From: Bugula neritina | Lineage: Eukaryota > Animalia > Bryozoa | NCBI GenBank assembly: GCA_964035545.1 | Contig: OZ037765.1 | Location: 32,177,504-32,241,503 of the forward strand | Direction: 5' to 3' | Length of the DNA stretch: 64,000 nucleotides | Shown here: positions 1 through 13,200 of the stretch, one piece after another | How positions within the stretch are numbered: position 1 is the stretch's first letter | How the letters are laid out: each line of letters starts with the position of its first letter | The notes under the pieces: generated by a model | Seen by the model: only the letters and a program-made list of their open reading frames with translations | The model's database searches: none | What the model was told of the DNA's origin: nothing | Translations under genes and position numbers: made by a program

Positions 1-3000
1 TTGCCTATAGGAGCAGAAGATGTTATACTAGAGGTGATTGGTGGAATAAGTTTAGTCTGATTATATACATTATTTACAGGAGGTGATGCAATAGGACAAG
101 TTGCAGAAGGCAGGGATTCCCACAGTACTAGGTGTATGTTTGGAGAGGGCAACTCCTCTTTCTGGATGTTAAACTGAGAGTACTGGGACTTCATGTCGTC
201 ATAACACATCCATTCGCCTGAATATATAAAATAATATATATAATATAGTATAGTATATAATATAATATAATACAGTATAGTACTAGTATATAACATAACA
301 CAGTATAGTACTAGTATATAATATAATATAGTATAGTACTAGTATATAACATAATACAGTATAGTACTAGTATATAATATAATATAATACAGTATAATTT
401 ACCGGTAGAGTGGAGCTGCCGAGTCCAGACAGTGAAGTGGTCGGGGGAAGTTGTGTGCTCCACCACTGACGTCACGACATATCGAGAGCCGGAGGGGGAG
501 GTGAAGTTGAGTTTATTGATATTACATAGCCCTTGGCCCTCAGTGAAATGCATCACCAGGTTAGGGGTGTACCTACAACCAGCCATACCACAATGCAACA
601 CAATTCAGACAGCTAGACTTGGATATGTAAATGCGTTATTGTGACTTGAAACGAGTTTAAATAAAAACTTTTGCTAAAAAAGATTTCTTTCTGAATCTCA
701 AGTTTAATTTTTACAGCAGGACTATGGATGTAGAATTACAAGTCCCTTTAAAAGGCGTATTCATGGCTATTTAGCTGCCAGTAAACACAGCGTGTTGAGT
801 CACTTACTTGGATATGCGGAGTTGTCTTGCCTGGCCCGGAGCCAAGCACTTGGTACACGTGTACTCATGTATCATGGCTCCACTTTGTACGTCAAACTTA
901 TCAGTCAGTTGGGGGAATGTGATGATGTGATTAGCGTTTCTGTAAGTATATTGCAGAGAGTAAGTACATCACAACTTGAAGTAAGTATGGAGCATAGAGT
1001 AAGTACATAACAACTTAAAGTAAGTATATTGCAGAGTAAGTACATAACAACTTAAAGTAAGTATATAATATAAAGTAATTATGTTACGTAGAGTAAGTAC
1101 AAAGCTTAAAGTATATAGTAAAGAGTAAGTAAATACTCAGAACTTACTTGGACACACTGCGATGGTGACACACCATACAGCTTACACTCCACTCATACTC
1201 CGTATGGAATAGCCCGGAAACTGAGCTCTCCGATTCTACTATAGCGGGGAGGGCAAACACCGGGCTAAACTTTTTACCTCTCTCACAATTTAGTTTCTGC
1301 TCCACACTTTGCCATATCTACATAAAGTAAGATTTCAAGTAAAATTCATTTATGAAATAGAAGACATCAGAGTATTGACCAAAACGGTTAGAGTTGTGGG
1401 ATATGGGTCAGACTCTTCTCTTTTTGGACAGGACTGAGTCTAATAGGAAATAAAGCTTTGAAAAACCAGATATATTATCAACACATCGTCTGCTGTAATT
1501 AGCGCGTGAATAGTTTGCGCCTTTAGAACATATTTTATTGTGCACGATTCTCAGGATTACTGTTGGTTTAAGAAATATATTATTATTATTCAGGCAAGTT
1601 TTTAGAGTTGTTCTCTCATAAATGAGTCATTTTTATTTGTACAAGACTAAGAGCAACTAGCCATGGACACACACACACAGCTGAGTAGTTAGGGGAGGGG
1701 GAGATTGACGCACCTCTTCTCGGACACACTCCAGTTTGATCCCGGCTAAGTGAATCTTTCTTTTGGCATTGTTCACTTCTTGACTAGAGAGAGCATGGCA
1801 GTTGGAGATGTTGGCCAGTATGGAGTTGGAGCTTGTGGTCGGCATGCAGTAGCCACCCCCTACACAGTACATAAACAATACAGTGGTGTACAACACCCCC
1901 TACGCAGTACATCAACAATATAGTGGTGTACAACACCCCCTACACAGCACATCAACAATACAGTGGTGTACAACACCCCCTACGCAGTAAATAACCATAT
2001 ATAAACTCTTGGCACATGCTCACACACTCGATACACACACGAGGACCTGCTCAACAACCGACTCTCGATATACTTACTACAAAGTGCACACAACTCCAAA
2101 CTCTCACCTATCTTCACTGCAGGCTGGTTCCTGTCAAACTCTAACAAGGAGTGGAGAATGTTCGGCTCTCCCTTCTGCAGGGGTGCGATCAGCGCCTGTG
2201 ACTCGTCGAATGCGAGGAGCAGCTTCTTGACGACGCAGGAGTAGGGGAGACTGGGGGAGAGCTGCCGTATGGAGTGGTTGTAGCAGAGCATACAGAGCAG
2301 TACGTCTAGCCAGCAGAGTGCGTCTACGTTAGACCACAGCATTACATAGTCTCGTACGCAAGTTACAGGACTGTGAGGGGTCGCAGTAGAGTCTCCCCTG
2401 ACAGCTGTGCACGGGTATGGATCCACCACTTGAGACAGGGACGGAGTGTTTTGTGTGTACGATGGATACTCTGAGGCTATAGTTGAAGGAGCAGCTACAC
2501 CTGGAGCTGAAATGTCACCGGCAGCAGTGGGTGTGACCTCGCTGCTTAGGCCCGTAGAGATGCTGTCTGAGGGTTTATTATGCCCGTCTAGCGTTAAGTC
2601 AATGTTAGAGTCGGTGAGCAGAGAATCAAGGAAATTTGTTAAGTCAGCATCTGTCTCAAATGCTGACACATCTGGGTCAGGTGGTTTTTCTGAGATATAT
2701 GTACACTGAAATAAAGAAGGAATATTTATACACAGTAAAGCTCTTTACAACGTAGTATCTTTACACAGCATTGTAATGGGGCGTTAGATCAGAAAGACTT
2801 CTATTTATTATGACACAAAAAATATAGATTTGCTATTGTAGCACCACAACAAATATCAATAGTGTGCTATTACTGCACCACTAGGCAGTGTGATAGAGTT
2901 GCTATTACTGCACCACTGAGAGCCGACACTGTATATCCCAATAAACTTACCTTTTCATTATCACATGTGACGATAGTTTCTTCTAAGTTGACAAAATATT

Positions 3001-3345
3001 TCCTGAGAAAACCTGACCTTGAACTTTTGGCACATTCTGAGCACGAGGAGATAATCTGCGAGTTTTGTGTTGAAGTACAAATAGACATAGCCAAGGCTAA
3101 AACATACGCAGGTATGGAATAGTACAACACTTTCACAGGTCATGTAGACTCACTTATCTTGTAATGCTACAAGCCCAGGATTGCTTCTAACAGGTTTGTG
3201 ACTTTTCGGAAGACATTTTTATGATATGATGGCCACTGATTGTAAGCTAACGTACGTGTATCACTAAAACATCTCCACACCCAGAAATACTGGCACACAG
3301 TTGCAACTTACTCATTAGCGAAGGAGGTCCTTCATACAGTTCCAT
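1..3345 (-). CDS. USPL1: SUMO-specific isopeptidase USPL1-like (peptidase C98), 3' end truncated by window edge
   Basis: GT-AG exons: 3312-3345 (possible first coding exon; alternative ATG at 3088), 2951-~3096, 2108-2705, 1714-1859, 1148-1317, 808-939, 403-572, 1-217. Motifs: N-terminal CSEC...LRKYFVNLEETIVTCDNEKC, catalytic Cys box MLWSNVDALCWLDVLL, SPVFALP, His box DHFTVW, and EWMCYDDMK...IHLVLWE, matching the USPL1 layout. Confidence 0.9.
218..402. repeat. ~28-bp AT-rich minisatellite filling a USPL1 intron
   Basis: TAGTACTAGTATATA recurs at 278, 306, 334, 362. Confidence 0.85.
940..1140. repeat. Degenerate ~37-40-bp tandem repeat filling a USPL1 intron
   Basis: About 5 copies of GTAAGTATATTGCAGAGTAAGTACATAACAACTTAAA. 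Confidence 0.75.
1856..1990. repeat. 40-bp tandem repeat overlapping a USPL1 splice acceptor
   Basis: TACRCAG recurs at 1861, 1901, 1941, 1981; unit CCCCCTACACAGTACATAAACAATACAGTGGTGTACAACA. Confidence 0.9.
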
Positions 3346-3829
3346 GATTGGTGAGTTTAGCCAACACTCAGCCAATCAGATAAGAGTATTAGCCTAACAG
3401 AACAGTGGTGTGTGCATCAGCATTTGATTGTGCTATAGCATTGCATTAGGACCACAGTTCTGCAGTTCAACCTTACTCGTATAGTGTAGACTGAAACAGT
3501 TAACATCGGCATTAAAGAAAATATGTAACTTGAGTTTGTATTCTGAAGAAGACAGATTGATGATAGTTCATTACGTGGCCGTGAAAAATATTGTGGAAAA
3601 GGGCGGAAATGATGTGAAATGTTCAACTTGAGAGAATAAGATTTAGTATTTCAGAACACCTTAAGAAGAAAATTGTAATGTGTGCTTTAATGAATTACTT
3701 TTCAAACTTACTGTAATAGAGCAAACATTATAGTGAGAAATGTGAACACAGCAAAGAGCTGAGTATATAGGCTAAAAGTTACTCTAAACACAAGATACAG
3801 AAATATAATTGTAACAACATATGTAACAC

Positions 3830-5640
3830 TAATTCTAATAGACCAACTCATATACTTATCATATGATGATCTCAATGAGTATTACTAGAATGTATTGCTA
3901 TTATATTTATATAATGACTCATAGTCGGCGACTATGAGTATGACTGCCAGACTCAGTACACCAACACTATAACTACGACAATATCGTATTCATGGTGATA
4001 GCGGTAATTATTATAGTAGAGTTACACCCACACTCAATACAGCACTCATACTGATACTTACAGGTACTGTTAGAGTCATACTCAGTAGTCAGTACCAAAG
4101 TATCAGTACGGACATGATACTCATACACTGTAGAGTTATACACTTACAAACTATCTACATTTACAGTCAATGTCATACTCATACTGATAGTCATACTCAT
4201 ACTGGTAGTTTCACTTGTCCATTTTTAACTTTACACGTATTGATATTGTTAGTTTTACTCTTAAATCAAAGATCAACTTTAACAATAGGTTTTATACTCA
4301 TAGTTGTTATTATTACATTTAGTTTTACTATAAGTATAATTATGAGTGTTACTATTAGGATAACTATTAGTATAACATTTAACAAGTACAACTGTATTAT
4401 TATAAGTCTAAGATTACGAATATATATTAGTATTACTATTATATTAGTATAAGTATTACTACTACAATTTTACAACAATTTACAATTAGAATATTTATAC
4501 TTATAGTACATTTAATACGAATAAATATAATCATAGTATTACTATTAGTATTACTATTTGCCATACTGATACTCATATACACATAGTGACTCACTGATTG
4601 TGAGTGTAAGTGATAACTGATACGCCTACGGACACTGACAGTCATACTGATACTCATAGGCATAAGACAAGTCATACTTATACTTATAGTCAGTTATACT
4701 GATACTTATACTGGAAGTAAATCCCAATTTCAATCTGATACTGAATAGTCATAGTGAGTATCATTATCCTAGTCATACTCTTGACTCTTAAAGTTAATAT
4801 TTATTTTACAGTTCAACTTCATTAGTTGTTACAGTCATATTGATATACTAAATGTAATACCAATAGGCAATAGCATAGGAATATTTAAAATTATTTATAC
4901 TATATTTATAAGTATTACAGAATTCTATAACTTATAAGTATAAGTATTAGTATACCTATCACATTTACTATAACTATAAGTATAAGTATAAGCATAACTG
5001 TAAGACAAGTGTAAGACATAGTCATAGTGATAGAGTAAGAGTAAGACTAACAGTAACAATAAGTGTAACCAACTCTAAGTCTAAATGAGTAAACCTAACA
5101 GTAATTCCAAGTGCTAGTACTAGTAGTAGTAGTACTACTACTAGTCACTATTACTACTACTACTAGTCACTAGTACTAGTAGTAGTACTACTACTACTAC
5201 TAGTAGTACTACTACTAGTAGTAGTAGTACTACTACTAGTCACTATTACTACTACTACTAGTCACTAGTACTAGTAGTAGTAGTACTACGTCTACTACTA
5301 CTAGTAGTAGTAATAGTAGTACTAGTACTAATAGCAGTACACTGAGTACAGTACTAGTAGTACTAGTAGTAGTAGTAGTAGTAGTAAGACTAAGAATAAC
5401 AATAACTATAAGTATAAGTATAAGACTAAGAGTAAGACTCAGTAACTGTAAGACTAAGAAAGAGTAAGTATTACTATTAGTATAAGTATTAGTATTACAT
5501 TTACTATTACTATTAGTATTAGTATTACTATTAGTATTAGTATTACTATTTGAGTATTACTATTAGTATTAGTAATACTAATACTAATAGTATTAGTATA
5601 ACTATAAGTATAAGTATAACTATAAGTATAAGTATAACCG
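3830..5640. repeat. Degenerate 3/6-bp periodic low-complexity tract (ATTAGT/ATTACT/ATAAGT/CATACT), including an (AGT)n/(ACT)n block at ~5115-5385
   Basis: Directly visible hexamer runs; they generate spurious Ile/Ser/Thr/His-alternating ORFs in the ORF track. Confidence 0.85.
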
Positions 5641-5779
5641 TTAGGCGTTATAACTTATATTTATATTATTACTGCACTAGCAAAAACCATGCATATATTC
5701 TTACAATATTTTACGACTGTCACTGCCTTTTATAATATTAATAACAGTAAGCTAAGTTTGAAACAAATTTGTAACAAAA

Positions 5780-6200
5780 ACTACTGCGTAAGTTCTACTT
5801 CTCGTTCCTCGTTTCAGATTTTATCATGGAAACGTTTAATGGCGAAAATAGCGCGTATTCCTAGAAATCTCGCATACTGTTGTTGAAGGGTCTACGTTCA
5901 CCCTTCTCTGATCGTAGAGAGCAAAGTTTAAGCATCAATAACCTCCTTTTTATCGATTTCATCATTGCGTTATAAAAGATATTTTTTCGACAGAACATGG
6001 TCATTAGAACTTAACAAAAGAACACGACTCCAACCGATAATGAGCTTATAAATGTGAGCCTTTCACCGAGTCAGCTTTTTGTATTTGTCATATTCGTAAT
6101 GTATTTTTATACACTGAACTGGAAAATAGTTTTTATTGTTTATTGTTTTTATAGATCTATGCACAGTGTTGTACTTGAAGTTATTGCAAAGCGAAATGTG
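5780..6200. promoter_or_regulatory. Probable bidirectional promoter / first non-coding exon region for USPL1 and FBXW8
   Basis: Local CpG-containing island between two divergent genes, with donor-like AAT|GTGAG sites at ~6053 and ~6198. TSS is inferred, not observed. Confidence 0.5.
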
Positions 6201-7270
6201 AGTATTATTAGTGTATAACGTATATAATATTGTTTGATATTAGACTTGGTATACTAAAATATACATATAAAGTAAGATTTTTTGTTGATAAAGTTAAACA
6301 GAGTAAACTTTTACTTACTCTGTCAGTGTCTCTTAGTTTATAATTATTTTCAGCTTTTAATTATTGATATAAATAATTTTAATTGAATTAATAATCTATC
6401 TAAATTTTTATTTTCAATTAAAATTTATTTTCAACTCAAATCTCAAAGTCAATATGAATATGAATAACTATAAGTTAAGGTATAACTATTACTATAACTA
6501 TAAGTATAACTATAAGTATAAGTTCACTATAACTATAAGTTGCTGTAATAAAGTAATAAACTTAAAGTATAACTATAGCATCTATTATTATTTTTACTGA
6601 ATTGAATCTTAATAATAATGATTATTATTTTGAATATATTTTTAATAATATTATTTAATAATATTATTATTCCTAATATTTGTAATTTAAATTACTAATT
6701 GTTGTTCAACTCATTCAAGCATCTGCTTTAATTTAAAGCTGTAATTTTAAATATATTTAAAGCAGTTGAAAAACTAATAGTTAGATGGTGCTGAATGTCT
6801 AAAAAAGTAATTGTCATCACTAAGCTTACAGTTACAGTTTTCTCTGTTTTGTCAGTCTGAAAGTGATTGATTGATGTTTATATTAAATGGCAAACACTTT
6901 TATGGTATTTTAATCAAATAAATTCTGTATTTCAGTGTTACTTATTGTTTATTTTTAGGTTTTATGATAGCCTATGTATATATTATCAAAGACTCATAAA
7001 AATGTTATGTAAAGCAACATCAAACTAGTGCAATCTCTAACCTAAACTAGTTGGTAAGTACCAAGACTCTGCAGCTATACTATCCCTATTTTTATATGTT
7101 GTTGCTTTTTTAGATTACTTAGCGTAGTCTGTAATTTTCTTTACTGTTAGTAAAGCATTTATTCTGCTTGCAAACAAATTTATCAATTAAATTTATTAAT
7201 CAAAGTTTTTATTTTTAATGCTAGAGTTTGAGGTTCTGCTTTAAATTGATCTTGTCTGGTCTCAGACTTC

Positions 7271-10200
7271 ATGTCAATGGATTTAAAACCAAGTACCACT
7301 GATGAGTCTGATAAGAGTCACGTTCAGAGAGACGACTATAAGACAAAACGTAATCATCAAGGTAACCTTGACACTCATTCAGATCTTCAGTTATTTAGAG
7401 ATGAGTGGAAAAGGGAGTTGTCTTCTCAAAATACTGATGATTCAAATTTGCCATCAACTTCAGGACTTGCCCACAACGATAATTCTGTAAGTTGTAAGAA
7501 CTATCATATACCCATATGCTTTTTGCGAAATGCAAATGCTCAATTTTTAAATTGTGAGAATATGTTAACTTGTTTTATAATTACTCAATTTAGTTGCTCG
7601 ACTGTACAGTGGAGGACACAACTCCTCAAGCTCATGAGTTGGTGGGATACAGTGAATCGCCTTTCCCTTTCCAGTTTACAGATAGTTTATTGAGGAGCTG
7701 GCAAGAGACTCCGCCAACTGTAAGTGTTAAAATAACAGAATATATACTAATACTGGACTTAATATATACTAATACTGCACTTAATATATACTGATACTGG
7801 ACTTAATATATATTTATATACCAATAATGGACTATCAATTCTCAACTTGAGTTTTTCAACTTGATGAATTTTCATTTTCGTAGACTCAACTTTACAGTTT
7901 TGTTGTAGAAAGGAAAGAGAAAGCTGTCACTAGCATCTACTCCTACTACTAGACAGTTAGATGGTGGTCAGACTTGTAATAAGAAAGCTAGAACATCTCT
8001 AGTGGACGTCTTCATCAATGATTTAGTCAGTTTATTTTATAGCTTACCTACTTACTGTACCAACTATTATTATTTTAAACAGTGAACATTTAAAGTATAG
8101 TAGAAAATCTACTCTGGCATACATGTAACAAGCTGATGTTTGCATTGCAGAATGAGTTGGATGACGTGCCTTTCTTTGACGTGAGTTTACCGAGAGAGAT
8201 TGCAGTTAAAATATTTGGTTTCCTGGAGATGAAGGATCTATGCGCATGCTCACAGGTAACTTCTTGTGAATTATTGAGATGTGGATGAAAATTAAAGAAC
8301 CAAAGCAGAAACTTTAATATTTTTACCCATGGGCTTTTAATAAGAAAGTTTTACTCATGCTATTAATGTTTATTCAATTTATATACTTTAAAGTTTTAGA
8401 ATGTATAAAAGTGTTAGCAGTTGTTTGTTCTTAGTATAACAAAATGATCAGTGTAATGATTATTTATTGCTAATTGAAGTAAATGTATTCATGTTTCTCA
8501 TAATAATTTTTATGATTACTGTTATCTTTTTGTTATAGAAATATAGAATTTTTATCTATCGCTATTAGCTAATAATATGTTACAATGTAATAGGTCAGCA
8601 AAGCCTGGAATACTATAGCCAACGACAGCGTCATCTGGGAGAAAGTCTACCACAATCTCCAGTCTACATTCACTGGACACTCTAAAGTCATGGACTCCAC
8701 TGACTGGAAACTCACAGTTAAGGACTGTTATATCAAGACTAAGACTTTACTTATGAACTGGAAGGTGAGAGTTCTTAGGCTGAAGTGATTAGTAGTAAAT
8801 ATAGTTATAGTTTCCCTTGTAGGAAGTTATATGCCTTTATCTACTTTATATATTTTTCTGTTGCTTGAGTGCTTTTACATCAACTAGTTTTCCTTACATA
8901 CATAAATATATAGGGAATTGTTTTACTTGACTAAGTTTCATAAACACATCCAACTTATAATAAAGATTATGTTGCCTTTTAACTTGACATTTGTTGGTGT
9001 TTTTTTATTTTTCTGCAACATTACAGAAGTCTGTTTTGTATCAAAAAGTAATAGCAGAAGTTACATAACAACCAAGCTTTAGCTATAACAGTGCTCTGTA
9101 TCCTAACACTATTATACAAGTTACTTTCATTAAATGGTCTTGTAGTTTGTAGCCAAAAGCTTGGTTGTTTTTGTATTTTCATTACCCTTCTTGTAATAAA
9201 TTTTATTCTTGAACTTTAAGCTCAAATAGACGTTTGAAGTCTTTTTAATACACTACGTAGGAGCACAAATGCCACACCACATACTACCACCATGCTAGGG
9301 GAGGTATACTTACAGCTGTGCACTCATTGGACAATCTCGTAGCAGCTGGGTGAGTTTCTATTGGCTGTTTGTTACAGTGCTTACAGCTAATTGGTTGACC
9401 TAAACTCTCATCAATATCTTATAGATCTGATACCAGTTTGAAATAACCAGTAGTATTTCTAGCTAGTATGGAATGTTATTAACCATTCATTATTAGCAAA
9501 ATATAATAACATTGTAATAAAATTACTTTATTTATTGTTCACAGAGAGCATAAATGTCTATTAGTAATAAGTAATTAATTTGATTTTAATATTCTTTGAA
9601 ACTGCTATTCAAGTATAAATGCAGCGCAATTGTTTAAATTTTGAACTTCTTAGAAATTTCAATGTAGCCAATATGTGATATGTAGCTCAAATTGTATTAT
9701 ATTGCTCATTGCAATAGTTATATATATTTTATTCTAACATATATATGATATATAATTATAGAATATTATTTATCACAATAGTTATACTAACGGACAGATT
9801 AGAACATGGGACATTCTCACTCACACATCGCAGACGTACGAATCTAGTAACAAATCTCTCGTACTCGTCAATGAAGACGAAGATGACCTTGGCACGTCGG
9901 AGAACTCCGTGACCTGTTTGAAACTCGGTCTAAACGACCAACTAATAGCCGGCTATAAACATGGTCAGTACTAGTTAGCAACCTGATGTCTATTTCACAT
10001 AGCCTATTCGAAGTTGTCTTCTTTTTAGCGACTGATATGAATAGTTACATGGGATGCATTGGAAAATTATACTAAATTAACAATGTGTTGGTACTTATGT
10101 GTTTGCATTTATTTATTTACATCAATTCCTCTTAAACATTATGTTTTAAAACTGTTTGATTTTTTTATTATAGTGGTTTATATTACATATTTACAAACAG

Positions 10201-13200
10201 AGCTTGTTGTGCTGTGAGTTTAATTTTTAATATTTTGTCATAATGCCATTATTTTCTAAAAAGAAAATAACTCCTGACAAATTTTATGTTGAGTATTCCA
10301 AAGCTTGCTATTTTGTGTCTACACACTGTTTGTAGTGCACCTATGTAACACTACAGTGTACCCACGTAACACTACTTCTAGCTCAGGTGTACCCATGTAA
10401 CACTACTTCTAGGTCAGGTTCAGACGTGGAGTCAGTTAGACCCCGAGTGTATGGCTGTCTACGACTTTCCGGATTATTCCGTAGAGGAAGTGATATCTCA
10501 GGAGAACCTCTTCTATGCGTTTGTAAAACACCGGCAGGATAGGAGTTGCTTCATCAAGGTGCTGAATCAGACTGAAAGAGGTATAAGTGTAGCCGACAGT
10601 GTTAGTCTGAGAGAGATGGACGAAACGTGGACTTTACCCAAAGTAAGCCCTAGTCACTTCAATTATTATAATTGGCTGCTACCTCATTGTCAATATTACT
10701 CTCACATCTGTTGAGGAGGGAGCAGGCATGGTTTAGACTCAGGCCTTCCTACAGGTGGCCCCAGGGCCGGATGTGGCCCCCAGCCTACATTTATGTGGTC
10801 TTCAAAGACATAACACATAAATTTATTTTTCACACTGTATATGAATTAGAGAGGAACACCACCTGTTAACTGTCTTATTTATACAAATGCTGTTGGGCAG
10901 CCCTACTCTAGACTCTAGGGGTTAGAGCGAAGGCCCAGTTTGATGTAAGGAAGAACATTCGATCACAATTGCTTCTGAATCTCAGTGAAAACCCTCAAAC
11001 CTCCATGTAAGCATTCAGCATGGTAAGAGACATGGTCCATAGCTGCTGGGAGTCCTTTGTTATCAGGGAGCCTTAACTGTACACAGACCGAGGTTTATCT
11101 TGAAGAGTTTTCAAGCATTATATAAATATTCTGTTGTAAACTGTATATAAATATGAAAAGTTGTAAAATAATATTTTGTTGGCTCAACTATTTAATATGT
11201 TGACGTTAAGTTCAACATAGTAAACTTGTAAACTATGTTTTGGTGTAGCGATTGTTGACAGCAATGTTTTAGTTAACTGATTGTTGAGTTGAGTGTTTTA
11301 CGCTGCGTCATGCCTGTTTGGTTTACTTTACTACATGTAAGTATGTTAATTGTTTGTTATACAGCTTGCTGCTCATCTTATGCTTATTCAATGCATTACT
11401 TAGTATATATTCAATGCGTTACTCAGTATATATTCAATGCATTACTCAGTATATATTCAATGCATTACTCAGTATATATTCAATGCATTACTCAGTATAT
11501 ATTCAATGCATTACTCAGTATATATTCAATGCATTACTCAGTGTATATTCAATGCATTACTCAGTATATATTCAATGCATTACTCAGTATATATTCAATG
11601 TATTATAACATATTCAGTGTGTATCATCAGTTACCTTCCCGTGTTGTAGATTGTGATGGCTCCCCTGACCTCTACTGCTATCCTCTATTTAACCAGAGAC
11701 TCCTTTAATATTCACAAGTCCAGTACGGGGCCGTACCACCTGTCCCGTCACTCTGTAACTCAAATTGAAGAATTCTATGCTACTCACTTCACTTACCTGG
11801 AGAGCAGCACTCGGTGTATAAATCTTGGTTTCACGTCACATCTTGGTCTTCAGGCAGAGTATAAGGTAAGTATAGTGTAAGTACGTCTTTCCTTGGTCTG
11901 CAGGCCGAGTATAAAGTAAGTATAGTGTAAGTACGTCACATATTGGTTTGCAGGCAGAGTATAAGGTAAGTATAGTGTAAGTACATCACATCTTGGTCTG
12001 CAGGCAGAGTATAAGGTAAGTTTAGTGTAAGTGCATCACATCTTGGTCTACAGGCAGAGTATAAGGTAAGTTTAGTGTAAGTACATCACATCTTGGGCTA
12101 CAGGCAGAGTATAAAGTAAGTGTAGTGTACGTTAATTAAATTTACCAGCTCCTGGCAATGTGCTACCAGTTGAAACGATGTAATAAATTTAGCTATAAAA
12201 ATATTCATTGAATATTTGTCATTGTGTGTTAAATCTTATGGGTTTATGCTATATGCAATAAAAATGCTATAAAATTGTATTCCATTATTTTTATATAAAC
12301 AATTTTCAGTTATTTTTTGGGGGGGAGTTAGTGAACACCATTAAGTAGATTTTTTTTGCCAGCATAATTTGAGATGAAATTTTTGAAATCTTGAAATTAC
12401 CTGCTAAACTAAGGTTTGTTTATCTTTTAAATTAAGTAACCATTTGCAAATGTATATAATGGATTTCATGATAATGATTCTAATAGCTAGCTGGAGTTCT
12501 AGAACATGTGTTGAACATGTAGCCTTACTACCACAACCTCTTGTTACGCCTGTAGGTGAGGTTGTATGACCCAGACTCCCTGAAGATGGTGTCAGATCTG
12601 AGAGGGCATACATCACAGGTCACTTGTATTGACAGCTCGTTCCCCTCTGGTTCTCTTCTGGTCACTGGATGTCATGACAGAAGGTGGGTCATCTTACAGT
12701 ATAACGTAATCCACCACTGCCTTTGGCGGGCTTATGAGTGTGTAATAGCACAGGATTTTGGTATTTCAACTTTTGCTCTTATTCTTAATAATCCAGAGTT
12801 GGGTTAATAAATTTTTGTCATAGTTTTTTTCGTTTTGATCAAAAACACAGACCGCGAGTAGTTTCTTTGATAAATTGATTCGAGTTAGAGAGCTGGGCTG
12901 CTATCAAAAGATTAGCAGAGTAATAGTGACTGAGTGTTGGGGTAGTTGATAGTTATCAGTCACTCCTTGTCAGTCAGTGAACTATGTGAGTTGAGTCACC
13001 ATAACTATTGGTGCTGTAGAGTCAGACTGTATGATACCAGACTACCTTCTGCTGCCGTACACACATACATGGGTCATCCCATGTCCGTTACCTGCATCCA
13101 ATCAGACGACTGGAAGATCATATCAGGAGACGAGGAGGGTTACATCTGCGTCTGGGATCAGAGAATGGGTGCCAAGTTCTGGGAGTCCCAGAGCAGGTGA

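Noticed and set aside
4114-5735. Ile/Ser/Thr/His-rich ORFs (4114-4452, 4439-4675, 5550-5735; also 40641-41123)
   Set aside because: By-products of the hexamer-periodic DNA; no domain or splice support.
11289-11708. Repetitive ORFs in three frames
   Set aside because: Translations of the 23-bp intronic minisatellite.
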